A stretch of 64,000 nt of DNA, from contig CAXXIN010000017.1 in assembly GCA_963665275.2 (NCBI GenBank), positions 64,001-128,000 on the forward strand, written 5' to 3'. This document shows positions 1 through 9,868 of this stretch, one piece after another. The number at the start of each line of letters is the position of its first letter. The first letter of the stretch is position 1. Source of the DNA: Negativicutes bacterium (GTDB taxonomy: Bacteria > Bacillota > Negativicutes > UBA1444). The notes under the pieces were generated by a model. The model was not told where the DNA came from. It did no database searches and saw nothing but the letters and a program-made list of their open reading frames with translations. The translations under genes and the position numbers were made by a program.

Positions 1-97
1 TCGTTTCTTCCTTCCATGTATCATATGAAGTGGGTTCGAATTCGTCGAAGCTAATCTCCGGGAATTCTTTTTCGCCCAACTCTTTCTCTTGTTCCAT
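1..97 (-). CDS. N-terminus of probable methylmalonyl-CoA mutase small subunit (runs off the window)
   Basis: My translation is MEQEKELGEKEFPEISFDEFEPTSYDTWKEET, preceded by a GAGAGAGG RBS. It resembles the F-x-E-F...S-Y-x-x-W-K N-terminus of MutA-type subunits. Only 32 codons are visible. Confidence 0.5.
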   Translation of the reverse strand, partial: MEQEKELGEKEFPEISFDEFEPTSYDTWKEET

Positions 98-262
98 ATA
101 GTTAGCCTCTCTCTTTTCAAAAGTTGTAGTTTTGAAAAACAACTATTCGCTTAAAAATTCTCCCAATCGCTTGGTTCAACAGAGTTTACATCCCCCCAAT
201 CTTCCTTTTCAGACTTTCTACTTGATATTTATGTGGAAAATGGCTTGGATTAACTCATCTCA

Positions 263-296
263 GGTCTGTAACAGACCAATATCGTATAGATGTCAA
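263..296 (-). promoter_or_regulatory. Promoter -35 (TTGACA) with a perfect palindrome GGTCTG-N3-CAGACC over the -10 region, resembling a GntR/FadR operator
   Basis: tgtcaa near 291-296 and ggtctgtaacagacc at 263-277. Confidence 0.5.
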
Positions 297-324
297 TTTC
301 CACCTCAAATCTTCATCCTGAAGC

Positions 325-365
325 AAAATAAAAGATCCCTCTCCGCCAAAAACAGAAAGGGATCC
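325..365 (-). terminator. Intrinsic terminator of the riboswitch 1 expression platform
   Basis: Minus-strand GGATCCCTTTCTG...CGGAGAGGGATC hairpin followed by a U-rich tail. Confidence 0.7.
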
Positions 366-444
366 TTACTTCGCAAAACTTAAGCAACGCCGTCGCCTTA
401 CGCGAGTCCCCTCCCCCATCGCTCGCGGGTAAAAACGGTGACTC

Positions 445-615
445 TCAAACAGGCAGTTCTCCTGACTTCGGATCATCGCTCGCCGCCCACGCCTTCCCAA
501 GACCTTGAGTCTCAGTGGCATACTATGGGTTTGCTCCCCGTTACAGTGGCGGGACCGTGCCGGCATTTCACCGGTCTTCCCTATTAAGCCCCGAAGGGCA
601 CCTGTTCAGCATTAT
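445..615 (-). ncRNA. Cobalamin riboswitch 1
   Basis: Minus strand reads AGGTGCCC...TAATAGGGAA..CCGGTGAAATGCCGGCACGGTCCCGCCACTGTAA...GCCACTG...GGGAAGG...AGTCAGGAGAACTGCC (B12 box). Confidence 0.95.
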
Positions 616-658
616 TCAGTTGTCAAACATCATATCCAACTACGCAACCATTTAAAGC

Positions 659-956
659 TCAGTAATGCTCTCGCTGACGCCCGGAAGCACTCGCGACAAA
701 GGATGGGGCGCCCATCTTTCGGCTCAAATGGCACTTCCGTTTCCGCGCCGCATTCGCTGCAAATCGCCGGATACATTTTTCGGGGGTCCGGATGCGCCGC
801 CGTTCATCTGCTGTTTGCGCTGCGCCCGGCACGACCGGGCAACGCGCCGGTTCGTTCGCGAAGCCTTTCTCGGCGTAAAACGCCTGTTCACCCGCCGTGA
901 AGATAAAATCCGCGCCGCATTCCTTGCATTTGAGTGTTTTGTCTTGATACTCCCAT
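659..956 (-). CDS. Zinc-ribbon protein (zf-trcl plus CxxC-x17-CxxC domain), apparent frameshifts
   Basis: DKTLKCKECGADFIFTAGEQAFYAEKGFANEPARC, continuing in other frames as MYPAICSECGAETEVPFEPKDGRPILCRECF. The extra bases sit in short homopolymers. Confidence 0.85.
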
Positions 957-1036
957 GTTCTCATCTCCTGATTTCTATTTCCTACTGTGATAGGATTAGA
1001 AGTTAATAGTAACAATTCCTATTAACTTCATCTTTA

Positions 1037-1065
1037 TAATATTCCTTCACATCGCGTAGGTCAAC
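1037..1065 (-). promoter_or_regulatory. Sigma-A promoter for the zinc-ribbon gene
   Basis: Minus strand TTGACC-17 nt-TATTAT, downstream of the riboswitch 2 terminator. Confidence 0.55.
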
Positions 1066-1075
1066 CAGGGCAAAC

Positions 1076-1110
1076 AAAATAAAAACTCTTCCCGTTGGTA
1101 CAGGAAGAGT
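1076..1110 (-). terminator. Intrinsic terminator of riboswitch 2
   Basis: ACTCTTCCTG-TACCAA-CGGGAAGAGT followed by TTTTATTTT. Confidence 0.8.
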
Positions 1111-1202
1111 CGTAATGGAAAATTCAGCCGTGGACAAACGTGTCAAAGCCGCGTTCTTTCCAATAATCTCCTCCCCATCGCTCGTGGGTAAAACGGTGAT
1201 TG

Positions 1203-1372
1203 TCAAACAGGCAGTTCTCCTGACTTCGGATCGTCGCGCGCCCATTCCTTCCCAAGACCTTAAGTCCCAGTGGCATACTATGGGTTTGCTCCCCGTTACA
1301 GTGGCGGGACCGTGCCGGCATTTCACCGGTCTTCCCTATTAAGCCCCGAAGGGCACCTGTTTCGGCTTCATT
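1203..1372 (-). ncRNA. Cobalamin riboswitch 2
   Basis: Same conserved core as riboswitch 1 and near-identical to it. Confidence 0.95.
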
Positions 1373-1395
1373 AGGCCTATGCAATTTACGGTCTT

Positions 1396-1424
1396 ATTCT
1401 ACCCGCTTCACGGAAGGATGTCAA
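1396..1424 (-). promoter_or_regulatory. Sigma-A promoter of riboswitch 2
   Basis: TTGACA-17 nt-TAGAAT. Confidence 0.7.
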
Positions 1425-1559
1425 ATGTTTGAAGTAATGTCGATAGAGACAAGTTTAAGTGCTTAAGAATATCATTTTCAAAAAGTTGACGGAATTTAAA
1501 AACCGGATTTACAATGACGTTATAACAAGACACTACATTGTAACGCTACAATACAAGCA

Positions 1560-2666
1560 CTAGTGGTGATGTCCAGCGCCGGCGCCCACTGATGGCAATC
1601 CCATCATTCCACCGCCCTTTGCACTCGGCGGCAACAAAACCTGCTCACCTTCCTGCAGCCCGGCTCTCAACCTCCACCCGGTCCGGCCCCACTAATCCTT
1701 TGATAATCGGCATTTCCCGGATCTGCCCGTTGTCCAGTACATTTACATAAAAATTGCCTTGGCGGGAGTTTATCGCAATGGCAGGAACCCGTCACCACAT
1801 CTTTCTTTTGAGCCGTTACCACCGTAATCCGAACCGTCATACCCGGCTTGAAAAAAATCAGGTAATGATTCCAAGGATATAGTCACCGGATAATAAACCA
1901 CATTTTGTTGCACCGTGGCTTTTTCAGAAATCATGGCAACCTTGCCGACAAACATCTTATTGACAACGGCATCCAGTGTAAATCCGACTTTTTGTGCAGC
2001 GCGAATCGCCCCGATATCCGACTCGTCGACCAGCACTTGCAACTCCAGCTTGGACACGTCGGCAATGGTCATCAGCACCATCGGGCTGGACAAGCCTGAA
2101 GAGACCGTTTGCCCGGCAGGAACAGGCTTGCCGATTACGGTACCGTCGATGGGTGAACGGATTACCGTATCTTCCAACTGCGCCACCGCATTGGTGAATT
2201 CGCTTTCGGCAACCAAGAGCGCCATGTCGGCCTGGTCCAATTCTTTGGCGGCAATGGCGCCGGCGCTCGCCAGTTTTTTCGCCCGGTCGAATTTTTGCCG
2301 CGCAACCGTCAATCGGGAACGGGTCTCCTCCACCAAGGCCTGATAGTGGCTGCCATCCAGCACCACCAAGACCTGTCCTGCTCTTACTACATCATTTTCC
2401 GCGACCAAAACCTCGACAATCCGCCCGGTAAGTCGGGAAGTTATATCCACCGAATGAACCGCCGCCACCGAACCGGTTGCCTGTACCAACGAACGAATCG
2501 TCCCCCGCGCTATCGTCACAGTCTTCCCGAGCGATGCGGGTTTCTTAGCTTTCTGCCAATAATAAAAAACCGCGCCTGCTGTCACTGCCACGAGCGTCGC
2601 TGCAACAATAACCTTCCAATGACAGTGCAGCATGGATACCATATTGTTTATCCGCAGTTTTTTCAC
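1560..2666 (-). CDS. MacA/HlyD-family efflux periplasmic adaptor (C-terminus frameshifted)
   Basis: N-terminal TM, lipoyl-like GRIVEVLVAENDVVRAGQVL and IRSPIDGTV motifs. After the A-run at ~1851 the protein continues KPGMTVRITVV...GLQEGEQVLL...GHHH* to 1560. Confidence 0.85.
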
Positions 2667-2682
2667 CGATTCATCCCAGCCT

Positions 2683-3423
2683 TTATCTTCTTACCCGTTC
2701 CATCGTCCACGCACTTACGCCGATAAGCACCAGCACATACGCGGTGAGATTAATCCAGGAGGCGAGTGGCGCGTCGCCGCCCGCGCCGATGGCTCGCAGC
2801 GCATAGGTACAGTGTGTAAGCGGCAACAATTCAATGATAGTGCGAACTAGATCAGGTAATTTGCTGATGTTGAAAAAAGTTGCGCATAGGAACGACATCG
2901 GCAGCAACACATAGGTGCTGAAGTTCCCCATGTCTTCATGTGAGTTGATCAACATTGCCGCTACGAAACCCAGCCCGGAAAACGCCATACAGTTCAGCGT
3001 CAAAATCAATGCGAATTGTAAATTGACGTGAAAGCGCGCCCCAAATAGATAGGACAAAGCCACGATAATGACGGAAGAAATCAGTCCCCTAGTGGTTCCT
3101 GACAGAACTTTCCCGATTACGAAAGCTATCGGACTAATCGGCGCCACCAGATATTCTTCCAGTGTTTTATGGTACAGACGGCTCATATTTAGAGGCGACC
3201 CCACGGAATTGAAGCTGATATTCATGGAATTCAGCGCCAAGATACCGGGCACAATGAAATCCAGATAGCTGCCACCCTCCACCTGCACGTTGCGCCCAAG
3301 TCCCCACCCAAACGCCACCAGATAAAGTATCGGCGTCACCATGCGGGAGAAAATGAACGTTTTCATACGTTGCCTGAGAACGACCCAATCCCGCCAATAA
3401 ACTGTCGAAATATCCTGAAGCAT
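2683..3423 (-). CDS. ABC-2 type exporter permease
   Basis: Six TM segments, YLDFIVPGIL and LPLTH motifs. Confidence 0.9.
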   Translation of the reverse strand: MLQDISTVYWRDWVVLRQRMKTFIFSRMVTPILYLVAFGWGLGRNVQVEGGSYLDFIVPGILALNSMNISFNSVGSPLNMSRLYHKTLEEYLVAPISPIAFVIGKVLSGTTRGLISSVIIVALSYLFGARFHVNLQFALILTLNCMAFSGLGFVAAMLINSHEDMGNFSTYVLLPMSFLCATFFNISKLPDLVRTIIELLPLTHCTYALRAIGAGGDAPLASWINLTAYVLVLIGVSAWTMERVRR

Positions 3424-4262
3424 TAATCGATCACCTTTCTTCCCGTCATCTCCACAAAGACATCTTCCAGATTGGAGCGCCGGATGGTCGCTGTCAGCGT
3501 CAGAGTTCCGGCAAAATTGCCTGCTTCACTACGATCATGGAAGAAACGAGTCTCGCGTCCGTCTCCCTCCGTCCATTCCACCACATACTCACCGGTGCGC
3601 CGCCGTAGTTCTTCCGGGCTATCGAGAGCGATCAACTTCCCCTTTTCCAGAATCGCGACTCGCCCGCAGAGAGCTTCGGCCTCTTCGATATAGTGCGTCG
3701 TCAGCAATACAGTGAAATTTTCATTTTGCAAACGCCGAATCAAATCCCACAACTTTCTTCGTACTTGGGGGTCAAGTCCTACCGTCGGTTCGTCAAGAAA
3801 AAGAATACGGGGACGATGAAACAAAGCCCGAGCGATCATCAGCCGCCGCTTCATCCCGCCGGATAAGTTTTGCACCTTATCATGGACACGTTCCTGCAGT
3901 TCGACATATTCAAGCAATTCCGCTATTCGCAGCTTTCGGTCATTCGCTTCCATATGGTGTAGCCGCCCATGCAGATCGAGATTTTCTCCCACCGTCAGAT
4001 CCGGGTCCAGGTTGAAATGCTGCGGCACAATCCCCAGTATGGCCTTGACCTTCTCTTCGTCTGCCGGCAACGTACAGTCGTTGATATGAATCTCGCCGGA
4101 GGTCGGTCGCGTCAGCATGGTCAGCATGCGGATGATCGTCGTTTTTCCTGCCCCGTTGGGGCCAAGCAGGCCGAACACTTCCCCCGAACCGATCTCCAAA
4201 TCGAGATGATCCACCGCCACCCGGTCACCGAATTTTTTCACCAGTCCCTTGATCTGTATCAT
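3423..4262 (-). CDS. ABC exporter ATP-binding protein (DrrA/NodI-like)
   Basis: GPNGAGKTT, LSGGMKRR, LDEPT. Probable start is MIQIKG. Confidence 0.92.
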   Translation of the reverse strand: MIQIKGLVKKFGDRVAVDHLDLEIGSGEVFGLLGPNGAGKTTIIRMLTMLTRPTSGEIHINDCTLPADEEKVKAILGIVPQHFNLDPDLTVGENLDLHGRLHHMEANDRKLRIAELLEYVELQERVHDKVQNLSGGMKRRLMIARALFHRPRILFLDEPTVGLDPQVRRKLWDLIRRLQNENFTVLLTTHYIEEAEALCGRVAILEKGKLIALDSPEELRRRTGEYVVEWTEGDGRETRFFHDRSEAGNFAGTLTLTATIRRSNLEDVFVEMTGRKVID

Positions 4263-4284
4263 CGTGCAACCTCTTTTCCTGTTT

Positions 4285-6169
4285 TCAAGATGAAAGTGCG
4301 TTTTGGACAATATGCACCACTGCCGCCTCCGACAGTTCTTGCAGCCGATAATAGGTCGAGCCCATGGAACGTGCCACTTGACGCGCCACAGCCAGCGAGA
4401 TGAAATCGTTTTCCGTGTCGATCACTACACTGGGAATTCCGGTCCGGCCAATTTTTTCAGCAGCGCTTATTGCTGCGGCGATCGGATCACCGCCGTCGTT
4501 GCTGTTGGCCCGTCCATCGGTTATCAGTACCATAATTGGCCCGTGAATTCTTATCTTTCTTCCGCAAGGTTTGCAGCAACGCTAAAGCGCTGCCCAACCC
4601 CTCCGCCAGAGGCGTCTTTCCGCCAGTCGGCAGATCCGCCAGGCATTTCTGAGCCAAATCCACGCTGCGGGTCACCGGCAACAGCACTTCCGCCGTCTTG
4701 CGCCGAAAAGCGATCAAGCCGACCTGATCCCGTTTCTGGTAAACGTCCTGCAGCATAGTGAAAACTGCCCTTTTGACCGTTTTCATCCGTTCCCGCGCCC
4801 CCATCGAACCGCTGGCATCCACCACAAATAAGAATATATTACCGATTCGCTTTTCCCGAACCTTTTGCCGCAAATCTGCTTTTCGAATCGCGATGGCGCA
4901 GCGACCTTTGGGCCGCGAGGATTGATACGGGGCCGCAGCTCGGAGCGTCGCGTCAAAAGCCAGATCCGTTAGTATTCCGGGCGGCAATATGGCGCGAACG
5001 TAGCGTCCCTGCTTCAAGTCGGTACGAGTCAGACTGCGTTTGCCGCTGCCTTGCCGCACTTGTCGATCCTGCGGCAGGTTCACCTGCAATTTCGCCCCCG
5101 AAAAACTCCGGTCAATCTCCGCCGTTCTCTCCTGCCCCTCTCCATTGTCCGGCGGCGGCGGTTCCTCCGATTCGTCCGGTTTATCCGGTGGCGAATCGGA
5201 TGCTTGTTGATCGTCAGTTGGCGGTGGCTGCTCTTGCGCTGAGTCCTCATCCTGCGGCGGCTCTTGATCTTCCGGTGGTTCCGGCGGCTCTTCCGGCGGC
5301 GGGGGCGGGGGCGCATCTTCCTGACGCATCCGGTGAGGCAAAACAAAATAAGCCGCACGCTCCATATCGGCAGGCAGCAGATACTCCCGCTCCGCCAGCG
5401 CCGCAATCGTTCGGGCGACCTCCAGCAAATATAATTCAGCCCGGTGGCCTGCAGAATGGGCCTGGGCGCAATATTGAGCCGCCAACTGCATCATGGCCGG
5501 ATCTATTTCAATCCGTACCAGTCGTTGATGCGCCTCCCGGCATCGTCGCACCAGCTGCTCCGTCTCATCATGGTATTGCGCAACGAAACCTACAGCATCC
5601 TGCTCGTATGCCAGAACACGGCGCAAAATATCAGCCCGCACCTTCGTATCCATTTCCCGCTGCACCGCCGCAAACATGCCGAACCGATCCAGTATGGCCG
5701 GCGTCAGCGTTCCTTCCTCGGGATTCATGGTTCCGATCAAGGTAAGCCGCACTTCGTGCCGGTGGGAAATCCCTTCCCGTTCCACAGCATTGACGCCCCG
5801 ATCCGCCGCTTCCAGTATGCCTGTCAATATTTCCCGGCGGAGCAGGTTGATTTCATCGACATACAGCACTTGATCATGCGCCAGCGCCAACAAGCCTGGA
5901 GAAAACACCTTTCGCCCGCTGGTCATCGCCTGTTCCAGATCGATAGCGCCGAATACCTGATCCTCCGTTGCATTGAGCGGCAGCTCAACAATCTTCCGCA
6001 GCGGGTCGACCTGCGCCAATGCGCGTACCAGCACTGATTTGGCCGACCCTTTCTCTCCCGCGACCAACAGCCCGCCTGCCTTGGGATTCACCACCGCGAT
6101 CAGTAGGGCCTCTTTCACATCGGATTGCCCAACCACTGCCGCAAACGGAAATAATAGCCGCCTACCCAT
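4285..6169 (-). CDS. ChlD/BchD-like chelatase subunit (AAA+, Pro/acidic linker, vWA), one frameshift near 4550
   Basis: [24 protein letters not shown], a PPPPPPEEPP linker and a DASGSM MIDAS motif. The vWA tail LITDGRAN lies in ORF 4285-4533. Confidence 0.9.
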
Positions 6170-6181
6170 GTTGCGCCTCCA

Positions 6182-7210
6182 TCATGCCGGATCAGCGAAC
6201 ATCGCTTCAACAGCGGTCCAGTCCAGAACACCTTCCTCAAAAGGACGGCGACGCATCCGGTGCGGCAATGCCAGTCGAGCCGCGGTCTTCACATCTTCGG
6301 CCAGGATTTGCTCCCGGCCGGCAAACGCCGCCAGCGTCAACGCCGCCTTGATCACCGTGATATCCGCTCGATGCCCATCTACATCCAGTTGGATCGACAG
6401 ATTCGCCACCAACATCAACAGTGCATCATCCACCTGAACTTTCGGCAACAGCTGCCGGGCCCGCAGAATCGACTGCCCCAGTTCCTTTTGCTCCTCTTTA
6501 TAGGTCTCGGCAAAAACATCTGAATCCGCTTCATAGGCCAACCGCCGCTTGATGACTTCTACCCGTCGATCCGCTTCATGCTCCCCGGTCACCGTTACCG
6601 ACAAGCCGAACCGATCCAAAAGTTGCGGCCGTATATCCCCTTCTTCCGGGTTCATGGTCCCCACCAGCACGAACCGGGCCGGGTGCGAATACGATACACC
6701 TTCGCGCTCCACCGTATTGACGCCCATTGCGGCCGCATCCAGCAGCACGTCGACCACATGGTCATCCAGCAGATTGATTTCATCCACATATAAAATATTT
6801 CGATTGGCCTGGGCCAAAATCCCCGGTTCAAACTTTTTTTCACCGAATTGAATGGCGTGTTCGATATCCAGCGTACCCACCACCCGATCTTCGGTGGCGC
6901 TGACCGGCAGTTCTATTACCTTCATCTTGACCGATTGAGTGGGCAACGTTTCTTGCGCCTGAACCCGATCCGCGCATCGCTCGCACAGATGATGCACCTC
7001 CGCCGGGTCGCAGCGAAACGTACAGTCCTTTACCGCCTCCATAGCCGGCAGCAAATCGGCAATCGCCCGCACCGCCGTCGATTTGGCAGTACCCTTTTCC
7101 CCTTTAATCAAAACCCCACCGAGGCCCGGATTGATTACATTCAGGATCAGCGCCAGTTTCATGTCTTCCTGCCCAACAATGGCGGTAAATGGATAAACTC
7201 CTGTTCGCAT
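6182..7210 (-). CDS. ChlI/BchI-like chelatase AAA+ ATPase
   Basis: [39 protein letters not shown]. Confidence 0.93.
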   Translation of the reverse strand: MRTGVYPFTAIVGQEDMKLALILNVINPGLGGVLIKGEKGTAKSTAVRAIADLLPAMEAVKDCTFRCDPAEVHHLCERCADRVQAQETLPTQSVKMKVIELPVSATEDRVVGTLDIEHAIQFGEKKFEPGILAQANRNILYVDEINLLDDHVVDVLLDAAAMGVNTVEREGVSYSHPARFVLVGTMNPEEGDIRPQLLDRFGLSVTVTGEHEADRRVEVIKRRLAYEADSDVFAETYKEEQKELGQSILRARQLLPKVQVDDALLMLVANLSIQLDVDGHRADITVIKAALTLAAFAGREQILAEDVKTAARLALPHRMRRRPFEEGVLDWTAVEAMFADPA

Positions 7211-7222
7211 GTCAAACCCCCT

Positions 7223-8284
7223 TTACTTACTTTCTTGCGTCGTGCTTTTTTGGCGCATTTGATGCTCCCGGATAAAAGCCTGCTTCAAGGTACATTCCGG
7301 CGGATACGGCTCCGAAGCGCAACCGGCGCCATACCAACGGGCAAAACATGCGCCGCCGCACAAGGAAAACGAATCGCAGACCGGGCAAAACGCCATGCTT
7401 CCTCGGATCATTTCGCTGATGTTCCGCAACGCCTTCGGATCTATCCCCGTATCCACATGCCCCAATCGAAAGGCCGGAAATCCCGATAGAGAAGCGCAGG
7501 CGTATATTTCGCCCACTGCATTGACGAAGGCCGCTTCACCGTTCATGGCATGGCAATGGGCGAATCCGCCGCTACACTGAGTGCAGAGGGACTCCACCCG
7601 CTCACGGTGCGAAAAAATCAAAGCCCGCCCCGTCTGGCGTTCAAGTTTGGCTGCTGTCACTAATACTTGATCCAATGCCACCTGCAAATCAGCGGCTGCT
7701 GCCGCCTTCACTCCGACGCCGCGCCCCTGCGCCCGCAGCAAATCAAAGCCGATTTTGCGGACATTGCCCAGATAGTAGGCAATCTCAACGATGCCGCTAA
7801 GATGCTGCACATTGCTATCAGCAACTACGCAAGTAATTCCCGTTTCCACACCCACCGACGCCAAGGTAGCAGCTCCAGTCAAAATTAAGCGACTCGTACC
7901 GCTGCCATCGGGTAATTTCCGCAACGCGTCATTTTGATTGGGCCGTCCATCAAGGCTGATCCCGACGCCGATTTGGTGATCACGCAAAAATATCGCTTTC
8001 GCGTGATCAATCAGCGAGGCATTCGTTTGGATTTGCAGGATGGCAGGAAGTTTTTTCTCCTTGACATAAGCAGCAATCTCTACGATCACGTCAAACGCCA
8101 GTAGCGGCTCCCCGCCGCTAAGTTGCAACACAAAGGGTTTCCCGCCTGCCGCCGCCAAATCTATAGCTTGGCGCGCCGTCGCAAAACTCATGCGTGCCTG
8201 CGGATGCTCATGGGCATAGCAATACACGCAGGCAAAATTGCATTGCCCGGTTAGCCCGAGAATTATCATTCGGATTGGCGGCAA
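7223..8284 (-). CDS. Radical SAM/SPASM-domain protein
   Basis: CNFACVYC, GGEPLL, ISLDG and a C-terminal CPVCDSFSLCGGAC. Start is TTG 8284 or ATG 8269, because the longer ORF overlaps the riboswitch leader. Confidence 0.88.
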   Translation of the reverse strand: MPPIRMIILGLTGQCNFACVYCYAHEHPQARMSFATARQAIDLAAAGGKPFVLQLSGGEPLLAFDVIVEIAAYVKEKKLPAILQIQTNASLIDHAKAIFLRDHQIGVGISLDGRPNQNDALRKLPDGSGTSRLILTGAATLASVGVETGITCVVADSNVQHLSGIVEIAYYLGNVRKIGFDLLRAQGRGVGVKAAAAADLQVALDQVLVTAAKLERQTGRALIFSHRERVESLCTQCSGGFAHCHAMNGEAAFVNAVGEIYACASLSGFPAFRLGHVDTGIDPKALRNISEMIRGSMAFCPVCDSFSLCGGACFARWYGAGCASEPYPPECTLKQAFIREHQMRQKSTTQESK

Positions 8285-8300
8285 CGCTCCTTGTCTTAAC

Positions 8301-8336
8301 AAAATAAAAAATCCTTCAGCCTGCAGCTGAAAGATT
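8301..8336 (-). terminator. Intrinsic terminator of riboswitch 3
   Basis: AATCTTTCAGC-TGCAG-GCTGAAGGATT followed by TTTTATTTT. Confidence 0.75.
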
Positions 8337-8425
8337 CGTGATGCCCTGAAATTTTCGCATGAAAAATTCGCATGGAAAAATCCGGACAGCCTCCTCCCCA
8401 TCGCTCGCAGGTAATAACGGTGACT

Positions 8426-8598
8426 CTAAAACAGGCAGTTCTCCTGACTTCCGGATCTTCACTCGCCCAAACCTTCCCAAGACCTTAAGTCCCAGTGGCA
8501 TATCATGGGTTTGCTCCCCGTTACAGTGGCGGGACCGTGTCGGCATTTCACCGAACTTCCCTATTAAGCCCCGAAGGGCACCTGTCTCTTCTATATTC
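8426..8598 (-). ncRNA. Cobalamin riboswitch 3
   Basis: Conserved AGGGAA..GGTGAAAT..CCCGCCACTGTAA and B12 box AGTCAGGAGAACTGCC. Upstream TTGACT-18-TAAAAT promoter at ~8613-8642. Confidence 0.95.
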
Positions 8599-8652
8599 AA
8601 TTATCATAGGTTATTTTACTCTTATTAGCAGCCACGAGTCAAGGCAACGCTC

Positions 8653-8763
8653 CTACGCCCGAGAACGGCAATAATCACGATATTTATTAACGGCAGTGAA
8701 AGAACGCACCCTTCCAATGCCCTCATATTCTTCATAGTTGACCACGTACTCATCATTTAGCAA
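8653..8763 (-). pseudogene. Internally deleted remnant of a paralog of the MenK/HemN-like gene at 11269-12522
   Basis: Translates LLNDEYVVNYEEYEGIG/RVRSFTAVNKYRDYCRSRA*, versus LIDEYVVNYEEYAGIG...FFTAVNNFRDYCRQALG* in the intact gene. Confidence 0.85.
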
Positions 8764-8780
8764 CGCGATCCATTTTAAAT

Positions 8781-8862
8781 GAAGGCTTCCCCCCTAAAAA
8801 AGAAGCCTCCGGATAATGAATCCCACGCCCAAACCAATAGAGCGTGTAATTCAGGGAACGCA
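8781..8862 (-). repeat. Conserved two-hairpin noncoding element, copy 1 (copy 2 at 26341-26420)
   Basis: GCGTTCCCTGAATTACACGCTC-loop-GGGCGTGGGATTCATTATCCGGAGGCTTC-loop-GAAGCCTTC. Confidence 0.75.
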
Positions 8863-8893
8863 TAACACTGGCGTGATCACGCCGACTTTACAA

Positions 8894-9850
8894 TCAGAAA
8901 GTATATTTGAGAGTTGTTTCGAATTTTGTGTTTTTGCTGTCATCCAGCAAGGAATACTGGTCCTTATAGACCACTTCCAATGAAAGTGAATCACTGAACG
9001 AATGGGTCAAACCGTAGTGAAATCCACGATTATTGTTATTGAATTCGCTTTGCCCGCCCATATCACCGTTGGCTTCCACTCGAAAATCGGTAATGTAAAA
9101 TGCAGTCTTATCTGTGAAGTCATATTTTGCCGTCACGGCATAGGCTGTATTTTCCGCACTGCGATCAGATTGGGCGTATTCGGCGGTCAGGCTTCCTTTG
9201 CCGAATTTTAGGGTAGTATCAATATCCCAGTGATTTGTAGTATCGGCGTTGTTGTAATGGTATTGCGCCCAAGTTGCTCCGACATTGACGTTTTTTGATA
9301 AATTGCAACCGACTCGTAAAGCGTACAGTTGATTGTTGCTTGTCCAGAGGGAATTTTCCTGCGCCAGCACCCCACTGAGTTCGACGCTTCCTATCCCGCC
9401 GTTGAAAGATAGTCCTTCAACCAAAGCATCCTTGCCGATATTGGTATCCGCACGATTGTACAACAGGGTAGTTACCCCGATGCCGTAATCCTGTCGACCC
9501 AATTTGTAGGTCCAGTTGTTTTTTTGATAAATGAGGCCGTATTGATCCAGCGCCACCACGGTTTTGGTATCCGGGCCATAGACATCCATGTTGTAATCGG
9601 AAGCTCCAAGTAGCGGTTGTGTGACATATTGAGCGGCAAAACGAGTGTATAGCGAAAGACCGGGAGCAATCTTCTTTTCCGCCCGCAATGTCAACGTAGT
9701 CATCAAACTTGATTCCAATGGCGAATCGGGGGCGTTGATCGCTTCGTATTTTGACGAGAGGGACCCGGTTACTTCCACCGGCGCTGCGAAAGCTACCGAA
9801 GAGAACGCGAAGATAATGCCGGCCAATGCACCGGCCATAACTTGTCTCAT
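8894..9850 (-). CDS. Outer-membrane beta-barrel/porin-like protein
   Basis: Signal peptide ending AFA, alternating beta-strand pattern, KLGRQ motif and a C-terminal TTLKYTF barrel signal. Confidence 0.75.
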   Translation of the reverse strand: MRQVMAGALAGIIFAFSSVAFAAPVEVTGSLSSKYEAINAPDSPLESSLMTTLTLRAEKKIAPGLSLYTRFAAQYVTQPLLGASDYNMDVYGPDTKTVVALDQYGLIYQKNNWTYKLGRQDYGIGVTTLLYNRADTNIGKDALVEGLSFNGGIGSVELSGVLAQENSLWTSNNQLYALRVGCNLSKNVNVGATWAQYHYNNADTTNHWDIDTTLKFGKGSLTAEYAQSDRSAENTAYAVTAKYDFTDKTAFYITDFRVEANGDMGGQSEFNNNNRGFHYGLTHSFSDSLSLEVVYKDQYSLLDDSKNTKFETTLKYTF

Positions 9851-9868
9851 ACAACGCCTCCTTCGCGT

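Noticed and set aside
366-1384. Repeated small ORFs such as MPARSRHCNGEQTH as a peptide family (also 8316-8600, 11000-11218)
   Set aside because: They are translations of the repeated cobalamin riboswitch sequence, not genes.
1509-1543. TTACAATG...CATTGTAA inverted repeat upstream of riboswitch 2
   Set aside because: Short arms, a long spacer and a single occurrence; it cannot be distinguished from chance or a weak terminator.
4285-7210. Magnesium chelatase implying (bacterio)chlorophyll synthesis
   Set aside because: No photosynthesis genes are present. ChlI/ChlD-type ATPases commonly partner CobN, and here they follow a B12 riboswitch.
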